DNA of 51,179 nucleotides from assembly GCA_031973215.1 (NCBI GenBank), contig DALYDK010000002.1:10097-61275 (forward strand). The letters run 5' to 3'. Made by a program: the position numbers and the translations under genes. The notes under the pieces were generated by a model. That model saw nothing but the letters and a program-made list of their open reading frames with translations, searched no databases and was not told where the DNA came from. The DNA comes from Candidatus Saccharimonadota bacterium. GTDB taxonomy: Bacteria; Patescibacteriota; Saccharimonadia; Saccharimonadales; CAIOMD01. Below, piece by piece: positions 24,474-34,533 of the stretch. Positions within the stretch are counted from its first letter, which is position 1. Each line of letters begins with the position of its first letter.

Positions 24474-26069
24474 TTATGCTAAAACTCTTATTACTTCCTC
24501 TAGGCTAGTATCTCCGCTAATTGCCCTTAGCACTCCATCCTGAAGTAGCGTAATCATGCCGTCATTTATTGCTATTTTTTCAAGCATAGCTGCCGATATC
24601 TGATTCTGCGGTTTTTTGAGTTCTTGTTCTAGGCTAGGTGTCATTATTAGAAGTTCTCTTACTGCAAATTGCCCACTAAATCCAAAAGGATTTTCTGGAG
24701 AGCTTCCAGGTTTGTATAGAGTGAGGTTGCTTACATCTGGACGCTCTACATCTGGGGGCAAAGAGTCAACTATGTTTTGAATCCAATCTTTAGTTGCAGA
24801 ATCTGGACTATAAGAAATCTTAGATTTATCGTCTAGCCTTCTTAGTAGGCGCTGAGCGGCTACAAGTCTAATGGCAGATACAAACAAAGGATTATCACCA
24901 ACCGTATCAAGCATTCTTGTTAAAGCGGCAGTTGAAGAGCTAGCATGATAAGTAGATAGAACTAGATGACCTGTTAATGAAGATTGTAGCGCAGTTTTTG
25001 CAGTATCTACATCTCTGATTTCTCCCACCATAACAACATCTGGATCGAGCCTAAGTACCGCTCTAAATTTAGTTGCGAAAGCATATGGATCTTCCTGCGA
25101 ATTAACTGGAATTTGAGTTATACCACTAATATTGTACTCAACAGGGTCTTCTAGTGTAATGATTTTTCTCTCAGGATGGTTAAGTTCATTGATAATACTG
25201 TATAGGGTTGTTGTTTTTCCAGATCCTGTTGGCCCTACAAACAGAACCAAGCCACTTGGATGACTAATTATGTCATTAATAATTTCTTTCTCATCCGCCC
25301 TTAAATCCAACTTATCTAGACTCATAAGTTCGGGGTGCATATTGAATAGCCTCAGAACACAGTCCATACCATAAACTGCCGCTACAGTTTCAACTCTTAA
25401 GTTAACTTCAACAACTGCGCCATCAGCCATGGTGCTAGTTCTGTTGATGTGTCCAGTTTGAGCGTCAGTTGAATTTGTTGAAATATTAGCACTACTAGCT
25501 AAAGCAGATATTAAATGTCGATACTTTTCAGAGCTTAAATTGGCAACAGGATGCAAAACGCCGTCAACTCTAAATCTAATCCTTGCCCCGTTTTTGTCTG
25601 ACTCTAAATGAATATCAGAAGCATTTAACCTGTAAGATTGCTGTACCAAATAGGCCAGCATATCATCTGCCCTAACCTGAGATAAAGTTTCGGAGACGCT
25701 ACCAACCTGCTCTTCTATATTTTCAGAATTTAATGATATTTCATTATATACAACAGCCTTTGGAGGATCGTATCTCTGCATTAATTCTCTGAAGCCACTT
25801 TCAGAAATTAAAGAAAAAGTTACTCTTTGATCAGCAAATCTGTGCCTAAGCTCTTGCATAGTATTTTGAGAAGTTGTGTTAATTATCCCAAAGTGCAAAT
25901 TATAAGAATCGCTACTCAGCGGCACTACTTTAAAATTATAAAGTTCTTGAGTACTCAATATATTTTTGTTTATTGGAAGCTGCTGCGCACTGGTATCGAA
26001 ATAAGGTAGGTTTAATATTCTTGATCTTCTTAGTGTGCTTTGTTCATCGAGCTTTCTTGCATCGTCCAT
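24474..26069 (-). CDS. GspE/PilB-family type IV pilus or secretion ATPase
   Basis: ASDIHLE, RFRVDGVL, GPTGSGKTTT, LEDPVE, LRLDPDVVMVGEIRD, TGHLVLSTYH. Confidence 0.92.
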   Translation of the reverse strand: MDDARKLDEQSTLRRSRILNLPYFDTSAQQLPINKNILSTQELYNFKVVPLSSDSYNLHFGIINTTSQNTMQELRHRFADQRVTFSLISESGFRELMQRYDPPKAVVYNEISLNSENIEEQVGSVSETLSQVRADDMLAYLVQQSYRLNASDIHLESDKNGARIRFRVDGVLHPVANLSSEKYRHLISALASSANISTNSTDAQTGHINRTSTMADGAVVEVNLRVETVAAVYGMDCVLRLFNMHPELMSLDKLDLRADEKEIINDIISHPSGLVLFVGPTGSGKTTTLYSIINELNHPERKIITLEDPVEYNISGITQIPVNSQEDPYAFATKFRAVLRLDPDVVMVGEIRDVDTAKTALQSSLTGHLVLSTYHASSSTAALTRMLDTVGDNPLFVSAIRLVAAQRLLRRLDDKSKISYSPDSATKDWIQNIVDSLPPDVERPDVSNLTLYKPGSSPENPFGFSGQFAVRELLIMTPSLEQELKKPQNQISAAMLEKIAINDGMITLLQDGVLRAISGDTSLEEVIRVLA

Positions 26070-26154
26070 ATCTTTTTAAGTATATCAAAATGCTATTGCT
26101 TTTTAGCATTAATAGCAATTTATCTGATTCAGGTCACTTGATATACTTAAGTCA

Positions 26155-26667
26155 GTGACGGAAATAGCTCTTATATTACCTAATATCAGAAGTACCTACA
26201 ATGTCGGTAGTATTTTTAGATCTGCCGAAGTTTTTGGAGTTAAAGAGATTATTATTTGTGGCTACACCCCCTATCCTAAGCTAGACAACGATACCAGAAT
26301 TCCTCATTTGGCAAATAAAATTGATAAGCAAATTTCAAAAACAGCCCTGGGAGCGGAAAAACTTGTTCCATTTACTTACTTTACTGAAACCGAAGATGCT
26401 ATTATTTACTCTTTAAAAAACCACTATCGACCCGTAGCACTTGAGCAGCATAGCAATTCTATAGCACTAAATAATTACCAACCCAAAGGAAAACTTGCGT
26501 TCGTAATAGGAGAAGAAGTAGATGGATTGCCCGTGAATGTTTTACAAAAATGCGAAGAAGTTATCGAAATTCCCCAGCTTGGAACTAAAGAAAGCTTAAA
26601 TGTTGCTAGTGCTGTGGCCATTTTGTTGTACGATATAAGCATAGGTAAAAAAAATGAAAATTACTAA
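26155..26667 (+). CDS. TrmH/SpoU-family RNA methyltransferase
   Basis: NVGSIFRSA, IGEEVDG, ESLNVASA; GTG start. Confidence 0.9.
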   Translation: MTEIALILPNIRSTYNVGSIFRSAEVFGVKEIIICGYTPYPKLDNDTRIPHLANKIDKQISKTALGAEKLVPFTYFTETEDAIIYSLKNHYRPVALEQHSNSIALNNYQPKGKLAFVIGEEVDGLPVNVLQKCEEVIEIPQLGTKESLNVASAVAILLYDISIGKKNENY

Positions 26668-27349
26668 AACAATTGGCCGAAGTTTCTTAGTTCTGGCTTC
26701 TATGTTATTAATTATTAGCCTTCTAGGTTTTGCCTCGTTAGCATATGCCCAGTCGCAGCCTCTTAATGCAAACCTAATTATTGAAAAAACAAATTTCGAA
26801 CGAGAGCTAATTGGCGCCAAAAAGCTGAATATAAATGAAAACCTTATGAATGCCGCGCAAGCTAAAGCTGAGCACATGGCAAAGAATCAATATTTTTCGC
26901 ATAATTTACCCGACGGTACAGCACCTTGGCAGTTCATTCAAAATAGTGGATACGAATATTTAGAGGCCGGGGAGAACCTTGCTATAACCAATCAATCAGA
27001 CAGCCAGGTTGTGACAGGTTGGATGAATAGTTTGTCGCATAAAGAAAACTTACTAAATAAAAACTTCGCCGACATAGGAATCGGCATAGCCTACTTCGGT
27101 AATTATACAAACTATAAAAACACTTACGTTATTGTTGCGTTTTATGGAAAGCCTGGGGTAGAAAATAACGTTCCCTTACAGGTACAGCCCACAAGCCCAG
27201 CGGGAGGATTAGCCATAGTGGAACAAAAAGACTTTATTGGACCTTACGGTATATATGCAATAATTGGCGGTGCACTTCTATTAGCCGGAATAGTAATTGA
27301 GCTACTCCATATATCTGCTAATCATAAGCGGAAATTAAAAAATATATAA
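26654..27349 (+). CDS. CAP (SCP/Tpx-1) domain surface protein with C-terminal TM anchor
   Basis: Signal-like N-terminus; AQAKAEHM, YFSH, GENLA, WMNSLSH, IGIG; C-terminal hydrophobic helix and basic tail. Confidence 0.85.
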   Translation: MKITKTIGRSFLVLASMLLIISLLGFASLAYAQSQPLNANLIIEKTNFERELIGAKKLNINENLMNAAQAKAEHMAKNQYFSHNLPDGTAPWQFIQNSGYEYLEAGENLAITNQSDSQVVTGWMNSLSHKENLLNKNFADIGIGIAYFGNYTNYKNTYVIVAFYGKPGVENNVPLQVQPTSPAGGLAIVEQKDFIGPYGIYAIIGGALLLAGIVIELLHISANHKRKLKNI

Positions 27350-27355
27350 TTAATA

Positions 27356-30300
27356 TTAGTGGAGTTTAATATTGCTGCTATCAGTAATTTTTTTAAGTTT
27401 ATCTAGTAGGTCAGTGCTTGCATCTACCTTTGTGGGCAATCTTAAGGCTTGCTTAGAAGGGCCTATTACTAGCACGGTCTCGGTATTGCCCGGGGCGGCG
27501 TCTAGCTCTTCTTTGATTTTTTGAAGCAGCTCACTGTCGTCAGTGGAATCTAGCCTAATAAACAATTTTTTTTCGGCCTTAATATTTTGCCCCTCTGGTG
27601 GAACGCCAGCTAAACCTTCGTTGGTTTTTTTTAATTTTTTATTTGCAGATTTTTTCTTTTTTATTTTCTGAGTTTTACCTAGCGGATCATAAGTTCTTGC
27701 TTCATCTATAGTAATTTCATAAGCAGAGTCTACCAATATTTTGGGCTCCGTTATAGGGTTTCCTACTTTATCTTTGCCATTTACCTTACCGGTTGCAACT
27801 ATAATTTTATCTTTTTGCCATAAATTGGCGTTATCTTTGTAAGCCCCTGGAAAAACAACTAGCTCTATTTCGTCGCCCGCTATATCTTCAAGCTTAACGA
27901 AGGCCATCTGTTGTCCGTTTTTGGTGGTTATTTGTCTAAGGTCGGCTATGCTGCCTCCAACACTTGCATATGAACCGTCATATTCAGCAGTAACCTCAGC
28001 TATTGGTACTGTTTTTTCTCCTAATATAACTACAAATTCTTCAAGTGGGTGCCTAGATAGGTACAGACCAAGAAGTTCTCTTTCCCACTTTAAATATTCA
28101 TGGTCATTATATAAGGCCGAGGAGCTTGGTATGCTAACTTCTAATTTTGGTATCTCAATAGTATCGTCCGCTCCGAACAAATCAGTTTGCCCGGCAGCAG
28201 ACTCTTTATTTAGCTTGGCGCCAACAGCCAAGATATTGTCTAATGACTCCAGCAAAGCACCTCTATCTCCAAATCTGTCTAAAGCTCCACTTTTTATTAA
28301 ACTTTCCCAAACTTTACGGTTAACCAATCTACCATTTATTCTTGATAGAAAATCCGCTAGGTTTTTATAGGTGCCTTCTTTGTCGCGAACACCAATTATC
28401 TCTTCTGCAGCACCATGACCAACATTTTTAATAGCATCTAAGCCAAACCTAATCTCCTGCTCTTCTTCTAAAGCTTTTGGCACAACCGCAAACTCATGAA
28501 AAGATTCATTTACATCTGGGGGCAAAACCTTAATGCCCATGTGCTTACATTCGCTTATTTCTATTGCAAGTCTATCTGTGTCATCGTAATCGCTGGTCAT
28601 TAGTGCCGCCATAAAGGCCGCTGGGAAATGTGCTTTGAGATATGCCGTCCAGTAAGCCACTAAACCATAACAAGCGGCGTGACTTTTATTGAAACAGTAG
28701 GCAGCAAAATCTTCTAATTGCTTCCAGAAAACTTCCATAAGCTCATGGTTAATTCCACTGTGCTTCTCGCCGCCCTCAATCATTTTGTCTTTCATTTTTG
28801 CCAGCAAATCTGCATTCTTTTTACCAATTGCTTTTCTAAGTGTGTCGGCCTCGCCACCCGTAAAACCACACACCTCTTTAGAAATTTGCATAACCTGCTC
28901 TTGGTAAACCAAAATTCCATAAGTATTTTCTAGCGAATTTGCCATGCTAGGATGTGGATATTCAATTTCTTGCTGGCCATGTTTTCTAGATATAAAATCG
29001 TCTATAAACTGCATTGGCCCAGGCCTATAAAGAGCAACCATCGCCACTATATCTTCAAAACCTGAGGGCTTCAGATCTTTTAAATAGCGCTTCATGCCGG
29101 CAGATTCTAGCTGAAATACTCCTGTTGTATCGCCTCTTCCAAGTAGATCATATGTTTTCTTATCGTCTAAAGGAATTTTGCCAATATCTATATCTTTGTT
29201 ATAAACTTTTTTAATTATTCTTAGCGCATTTTTAATTATTGTTAAGTTAGACAAGCCCAAAAAGTCCATTTTTAAAAGTCCCAGTTCCTCTATAGGACCC
29301 ATTGGATACTGGGTAGAAACAACTCCTTTTTGGGCCATTTCTAAAGGTACGAATTTTACAATATCATCTGGAGCAATAACCACTCCGGCAGCATGAACGC
29401 CGTGACTTCTTATAGTTCCTTCAAGTCGTACGGCCATATCGAAAACCTGTTTAGCCTGCTCGTTATTTGTATATTCCGCTTTAAGATCGGGGCTTTCTAC
29501 AAGTGATTTTTCTAAAGGAATATGACGTCCCTGAACTGGAGGGGGAATAAGTTTTGCTATTCTATCTGCTTCTGAATATGGAACCTGAAGCACCCTAGCT
29601 ACATCCCTAACTGCAGCCCTTGCAGCCATTCTGCCAAAAGTAACTATATTTGCCACCCTGTCGGATCCATATTTTTCAACACAGTACTGAATAACTTCAT
29701 CGCGCCTAGTATCTTGAATATCAATATCAATATCGGGCATGCTGATACGGTCCGGGTTCAAAAATCTTTCAAAAAGAAGATCATACTTTAAAGGATCAAG
29801 TTCGGTTATATTTAGCGCATAAGCAATTATAGACCCAGCAGCCGAACCCCTTCCAGGCCCAAAAACTATTCCTTGGTCTTTGCCCCATTTTATAAAATCC
29901 CAAATAATTAAAAAGTATCCATTAAAGCCCATTGAATTAATAATTTCGAGTTCAAATCGTGCCCTGTTAGCCACCGGCTCTGGCAGTTTGGCTTTAATTT
30001 TTTCTATATCAGTTTCACTGCTTTCTGGTAAATAATATTTTTGCAAGCCTTGATATACAAGCTCAATTAAATATGATTGTTCGGTTTTGCCTTCTGGCAC
30101 TGGGAATTTTGGAATTAGTATTTTACCAAGCTCTATATCAACCTGGCACCTATCGGCTACTTTTTTAGTGTTTTCAATAGCATCAGGCCTATAATCACCC
30201 CAGCGCTCAATAATAACTGCCGGATCCTCTACATGAAGCGGATATTCTTTCAGGCTCATGCGCTTCTCGTCTGCTAAGAATGAGCCGGTACCTACACAGA

Positions 30301-31009
30301 GAAGTATTTCATGAGCATCTTGGTCTTCGTGCCTTAAATAATGAGCATCGTTAGTCACGACAAGCGGAATGTCGAGCTTATCGGCTAAAGATATTACTTT
30401 TTTATTGATTTCTTCTTGTTCAGCACTGTGTAAAGGGTTATCGGGGTGTCCATGATCTTGCACCTCTAGGTAATATCTATCTCCAAAGATTTTTTTGTAC
30501 CATTCGGCTGTTTCTTGGGCCCTTTTTACGTCGTTGTCTTTAAGGGCGTTGCCTATTTCTCCACCCATGCAAGCGCTAAGCACAATTAGGCCTTCGTTAT
30601 ATTTTTCGAGCAAGTCATGATCTATTCTTGGAAAGTAATAAAAACCGTCTAAATTGGCAATAGTAGACAGTTTCATTAAGTTTTGATAGCCAATATTGTT
30701 CATGGCTAGAATAATTAAATGAAAACGGTTTTTGTCTTTTGCCGGATCTTTATCGGTGTGCTTTCTGGCTGCAACGTATGTTTCGATGCCAATAATGGGC
30801 TTAATTCCAGCAGCTTTTGCCTCTTTATAAAACTCAATAGTGCCAGACAAAGTGCCATGATCAGTCATAGCAACAGCTTCGGAGCCTTTTTCTTTAATAT
30901 ACTTTATAAGGTCAGGTATTTTTGTTAAACCATCAAGCAAACTATACTGCGTATGGTTATGCAGATGGACAAAAGAAGACGAATTTAACTTACTAGTTTT
31001 AGCTCCCAC
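27356..31009 (-). CDS. dnaE: DNA polymerase III alpha subunit
   Basis: PHP HLHNH, TDHG, TNDAHY; GRGSAAGS; PDIDID; FNKSH; OB fold; GTG start with SD AAGGA. Confidence 0.97.
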   Translation of the reverse strand: MGAKTSKLNSSSFVHLHNHTQYSLLDGLTKIPDLIKYIKEKGSEAVAMTDHGTLSGTIEFYKEAKAAGIKPIIGIETYVAARKHTDKDPAKDKNRFHLIILAMNNIGYQNLMKLSTIANLDGFYYFPRIDHDLLEKYNEGLIVLSACMGGEIGNALKDNDVKRAQETAEWYKKIFGDRYYLEVQDHGHPDNPLHSAEQEEINKKVISLADKLDIPLVVTNDAHYLRHEDQDAHEILLCVGTGSFLADEKRMSLKEYPLHVEDPAVIIERWGDYRPDAIENTKKVADRCQVDIELGKILIPKFPVPEGKTEQSYLIELVYQGLQKYYLPESSETDIEKIKAKLPEPVANRARFELEIINSMGFNGYFLIIWDFIKWGKDQGIVFGPGRGSAAGSIIAYALNITELDPLKYDLLFERFLNPDRISMPDIDIDIQDTRRDEVIQYCVEKYGSDRVANIVTFGRMAARAAVRDVARVLQVPYSEADRIAKLIPPPVQGRHIPLEKSLVESPDLKAEYTNNEQAKQVFDMAVRLEGTIRSHGVHAAGVVIAPDDIVKFVPLEMAQKGVVSTQYPMGPIEELGLLKMDFLGLSNLTIIKNALRIIKKVYNKDIDIGKIPLDDKKTYDLLGRGDTTGVFQLESAGMKRYLKDLKPSGFEDIVAMVALYRPGPMQFIDDFISRKHGQQEIEYPHPSMANSLENTYGILVYQEQVMQISKEVCGFTGGEADTLRKAIGKKNADLLAKMKDKMIEGGEKHSGINHELMEVFWKQLEDFAAYCFNKSHAACYGLVAYWTAYLKAHFPAAFMAALMTSDYDDTDRLAIEISECKHMGIKVLPPDVNESFHEFAVVPKALEEEQEIRFGLDAIKNVGHGAAEEIIGVRDKEGTYKNLADFLSRINGRLVNRKVWESLIKSGALDRFGDRGALLESLDNILAVGAKLNKESAAGQTDLFGADDTIEIPKLEVSIPSSSALYNDHEYLKWERELLGLYLSRHPLEEFVVILGEKTVPIAEVTAEYDGSYASVGGSIADLRQITTKNGQQMAFVKLEDIAGDEIELVVFPGAYKDNANLWQKDKIIVATGKVNGKDKVGNPITEPKILVDSAYEITIDEARTYDPLGKTQKIKKKKSANKKLKKTNEGLAGVPPEGQNIKAEKKLFIRLDSTDDSELLQKIKEELDAAPGNTETVLVIGPSKQALRLPTKVDASTDLLDKLKKITDSSNIKLH

Positions 31010-31059
31010 TAGCTTCCTTTTTTATTTATCTTATTTATATTATAGACTGCTAGCAACAA

Positions 31060-31084
31060 AAAACCGCCCATAAAGAGCGGTTTT
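31060..31084 (-). terminator. Intrinsic terminator after the YtxH-like gene
   Basis: Minus strand AAAACCGCTC-TTTAT-GGGCGGTTTT(TT). Confidence 0.8.
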
Positions 31085-31104
31085 GCTTAGTAAAATTAAC
31101 AACC

Positions 31105-31506
31105 TTACTTATTTAGAAACTTAAATAGGTGATTTTTAGCCTTATTAGCTTCGTCGATAGCTTTGTCGAGGTTTTTGTCGTCAACGTCGCCGTGTCTCAT
31201 GCCACGGTAGACATCTTTAACCTTAAATTCAGCCTGCTTGGCTTGATCTATTAAATACTCCAATTTTTCTTGTGCGCTGCCTCGGAAATTTCCAACTTGG
31301 CTCATTGCTTGGTCGATGGTATCAGATAAACTTCCTTGAACTTCACTATATCTTTTATCTAGCTCTTCTTTTAGTTTTCCGCTAGCTTTTTTTAGATCAT
31401 CTCTGGTTTCTTTGCCACTCTTAGGAGCAGTTAATAAACCTGTTGCTACGCCAGCGCCAAAAGCAACTAGTGCTAAAATTGCAACTGCTTTAGTATTTTT
31501 TCCCAT
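31105..31506 (-). CDS. YtxH-domain protein
   Basis: GAGVATGLLTAPKSGKETR followed by an amphipathic helical region; SD AAGGAG. Confidence 0.85.
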   Translation of the reverse strand: MGKNTKAVAILALVAFGAGVATGLLTAPKSGKETRDDLKKASGKLKEELDKRYSEVQGSLSDTIDQAMSQVGNFRGSAQEKLEYLIDQAKQAEFKVKDVYRGMRHGDVDDKNLDKAIDEANKAKNHLFKFLNK

Positions 31507-31518
31507 AACTTTGACTCC

Positions 31519-31749
31519 TTATCTTCTTACTATTTTCATAATTAGGTTGGCTATCGCTGCAGGACCCGCAAATTGCTTAACAGTTTTGCTTGCTTCAACA
31601 ATATTGTCTGAAACAATCTCAGCATTTTCTGCAACTCTCTTAAGTTTCGTAAATACAATTATAGCTAAAATACTAGCTACTATTGCTAGTACCAAAAATA
31701 CTGCTAATGTAATTGATAAAATAATGACTAGGGTTTGATAGTAATCCAT
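31519..31749 (-). CDS. Small membrane protein, YtxG/DUF948-like
   Basis: One long TM helix plus short coiled coil, directly upstream of the YtxH-like gene as in ytxG-ytxH. Confidence 0.55.
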   Translation of the reverse strand: MDYYQTLVIILSITLAVFLVLAIVASILAIIVFTKLKRVAENAEIVSDNIVEASKTVKQFAGPAAIANLIMKIVRR

Positions 31750-31771
31750 AACAATATTATACCACAGAAAT

Positions 31772-32659
31772 TTATTTTAGTCTAGTGTGTAAATAGTGTT
31801 TAAATTCAGGGCCTATCTGCGGATCGCATAAGGCGTGATCGACCACGGCTTTTAAGTATTTAACCTTATCGCCAGCGTCATGGTAGACGCCTTCAATGAA
31901 CTTTCCATATACATCTTCTGTATTAGCAAGTTCATTTATAGCATCGGCCAGTACCAATTCGCCAGAATGGCCAGGTTTGAGCTTAGTTAGAATTGGCAAA
32001 ATACTAGGATTAAGCAAATATCCACTAACTGCAGCGTAATTTGACGGTGTTTTATCGGGACCTGGCTTTTCAATTAATCTGTTAATTTTAAATGCCCCGG
32101 GCATTATACTTTTGGCAATATCTGCCATACCGTACTTATTAGCATCCTTTGCTTCGACTTCTATTAGTGAAATCACCGAAGCTTTAGTTTTTTCATAAAC
32201 ATCTAAAAGCTGTTTTGGATGAGGAACTTCACTTCTAAAGAAATCGTCGGCAAAAAACATATAAAATGGCTTATCTTTGTCTAGTAGGTGAGATGCATTA
32301 ATAAGAGGTCGTGCATTGCCCTTTGGCGAACCTTTCTGTCTAAGATATATAAAGTTGGCCATTTCAGCAATTTCTCGTATCTGATTGGCTAGTTCTGGTT
32401 TGCCCTTTTGGATTAGTTCGTTTTCAAGTTCATCGCTTCTATCAAAATGATCTTCTATGGCCCGTTTTGTACTGCCCGTGACTATAATAATGTCAGTTAC
32501 GCCACTAGCTACCAGTTGTTCAACAATAATCTGAATAACTGGCTTGTCAATAATTGGCAGCATCTCTTTTGGCATGGCTTTTGTTTGAGGCAAAAATCTT
32601 GTCCCAAGGCCGGCAGCAGCTATGACTGCCTTGGTAGGCAGGTCTCTTTTAGAAGTCAT
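31772..32659 (-). CDS. galU: UTP-glucose-1-phosphate uridylyltransferase
   Basis: KAVIAAAGLGTRFLPQTKAMPKEMLPI. Confidence 0.9.
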   Translation of the reverse strand: MTSKRDLPTKAVIAAAGLGTRFLPQTKAMPKEMLPIIDKPVIQIIVEQLVASGVTDIIIVTGSTKRAIEDHFDRSDELENELIQKGKPELANQIREIAEMANFIYLRQKGSPKGNARPLINASHLLDKDKPFYMFFADDFFRSEVPHPKQLLDVYEKTKASVISLIEVEAKDANKYGMADIAKSIMPGAFKINRLIEKPGPDKTPSNYAAVSGYLLNPSILPILTKLKPGHSGELVLADAINELANTEDVYGKFIEGVYHDAGDKVKYLKAVVDHALCDPQIGPEFKHYLHTRLK

Positions 32660-32664
32660 TTTTT

Positions 32665-34125
32665 CTACACTCCTAGTTGTTTTTTAATTAATTCTTGGAC
32701 CTTGGCAGGATTAGCTCGGCCCTGACTAAGTTTCATTACTTGGCCAACCAAAAAACCAATGGCTTTCATTTCTCCGTTCCTAACGTCGTCGGCCGCTTTT
32801 TCGTTTTCTGAGATAACTTGTTCAACTATCATAACCAGCTCAGATTCATCAGATACCTGCAAAAGATTCTTTGACTTGGCAACATCCTCAGGATCTTGGC
32901 CCGTTTTAACAACTACAGCTAATACTTCTTTAGCAGCAGTAGAGCTGAGCATTGCGCCGTCTAGCATTGATGCCAATTTAACCATCTGGTTAGTAACCGC
33001 TGCAATTTGTTTAAGATTTATTTCACCATCTGTTATTAACCTCTGAAGCTCTCCAGTTAACCAATTTCCTACGATTTTAGCGGTTTTAGGATCTTTTTGG
33101 TCAAGTATTTGCCTTAAAATATCTGACATCTCTGGCTCTTCAATGATGGTATCAATTTGAGCTTCGGTCATACCTAACGATCCGAATAATGACCTTAGTG
33201 CACTAGGCATTGTTGGCATGGAATCAAGTTGCCTATCTATGTATTCCTGCTCAACTTCTATAGGTGGTAAATCTGGGTCTGGGAAATATCGGTAATCGTG
33301 CGCATCTTCTTTGCTACGCTGGGAAATTGTTTTTTGCTTGGCGTCATCCCATCCACGAGTTTCCTGGACCACTTTTTGGCCTTTTTCTAGAAGCTCTATC
33401 TGCCGGTTAATCTCGAATTCGACAGCTTTTTCTACAGATTTAAAGCTATTCAAGTTTTTAGTCTCACTTCTGGTGCCTAGCTTTTGAGGGTTGTCGCTCA
33501 CCGAAACATTAACATCGAATCTCATGTTCCCGTGGTACAAATCGACATCTGAAACACCAGCGTACTTCATAAGAAGGTATAGCTCATGAGCATAAGCCTT
33601 TGCCTCGGCGGCATTATGAATATCTGGTTCAGAAACAATTTCCAGTAAGGGGGTTCCGGCTCTATTCAAGTCAACCAGGCTGTAGTCTGCTCCACTTGGG
33701 TGAGAGCTTTTACCAGCATCTTCTTCTAGATGTGCCCTTGTTATGCCTACGCTAACAAATTCTCCGCCACCAAGAGGCGCTTCAACAACTCCCTTGCCAA
33801 CTATAGGTCTTTCAAACTGTGTAATTTGATAGCCTTTGGGTAGGTCGGGGTAAAAATAGTGCTTACGATCAAAATGGCTGACATTGGCAATTTCGGCTCT
33901 TAAAGCAAGACCTGCCTTAACTGCAAGATGAATTGATTCTTGGTTAAGCACAGGAAGCGTGCCTGGAAAACCTAAACAAATTGGAGAAATTAACGTATTT
34001 GGCTCAGCGTCTCGAGCGTCGTTACTTACCCCTGAAAACAGTTTTGTCTTTGTCTTAAGCTGAACATGGCACTCAACGCCAATTGTTGGTAAATATTTTC
34101 CCTTAACTAAGTACTTATCTGACAT
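32665..34125 (-). CDS. gatB: Asp/Glu-tRNA amidotransferase subunit B
   Basis: IGVECHVQL, RKHYFYPDLPKGYQI, HLEEDAGK, RYFPDPDLPP. Confidence 0.97.
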   Translation of the reverse strand: MSDKYLVKGKYLPTIGVECHVQLKTKTKLFSGVSNDARDAEPNTLISPICLGFPGTLPVLNQESIHLAVKAGLALRAEIANVSHFDRKHYFYPDLPKGYQITQFERPIVGKGVVEAPLGGGEFVSVGITRAHLEEDAGKSSHPSGADYSLVDLNRAGTPLLEIVSEPDIHNAAEAKAYAHELYLLMKYAGVSDVDLYHGNMRFDVNVSVSDNPQKLGTRSETKNLNSFKSVEKAVEFEINRQIELLEKGQKVVQETRGWDDAKQKTISQRSKEDAHDYRYFPDPDLPPIEVEQEYIDRQLDSMPTMPSALRSLFGSLGMTEAQIDTIIEEPEMSDILRQILDQKDPKTAKIVGNWLTGELQRLITDGEINLKQIAAVTNQMVKLASMLDGAMLSSTAAKEVLAVVVKTGQDPEDVAKSKNLLQVSDESELVMIVEQVISENEKAADDVRNGEMKAIGFLVGQVMKLSQGRANPAKVQELIKKQLGV

Positions 34126-34533
34126 CTACCATACTCCCAGATCTTTAAAGGCATGATAATAACCTTTAAGTGCTTCTTTGGCTTGTTTTTCGTTAACCTT
34201 AAATTTTGGTTCATGAACAATTTTGTTCCGCAGTTTATGAGCTTTCCAGACTTCATCTTTCCTTTTTAGTTTTGATTTAGCTGCGACTAATCTTTCGGCC
34301 ATTGTTGAACCCTGAAAGGCCAAGCATTTAAGAGCTTCATCTAATAACTTGTCAGCGTGAATAATACTTAATGAGCGGGTTTTTTCGTCTTTAAAAGCAA
34401 CTGAAATATCGCTCCACTCGTGTAGGAAATATTTTTTATCAATGCCTTTTGGAACATTTTTAGTATTAAGATTAATGGCAACTAAAATTACCACTGCAAT
34501 AACAATAATAATTATGAAAGCTGTTGTGGTCAT
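34126..34533 (-). CDS. Membrane-anchored protein with RxxxxH (HEPN-like) motif
   Basis: N-terminal TM helix; helical domain with ADKLLDEAL and HKLRNKIVHEP. Confidence 0.6.
   Translation of the reverse strand: MTTTAFIIIIVIAVVILVAINLNTKNVPKGIDKKYFLHEWSDISVAFKDEKTRSLSIIHADKLLDEALKCLAFQGSTMAERLVAAKSKLKRKDEVWKAHKLRNKIVHEPKFKVNEKQAKEALKGYYHAFKDLGVW

Noticed and set aside
24474-26069. Complete pilus or secretion locus around the PilB-like ATPase
   Set aside because: No pilin, PilC or PilM genes adjacent; scattered T4P genes are ordinary in this lineage
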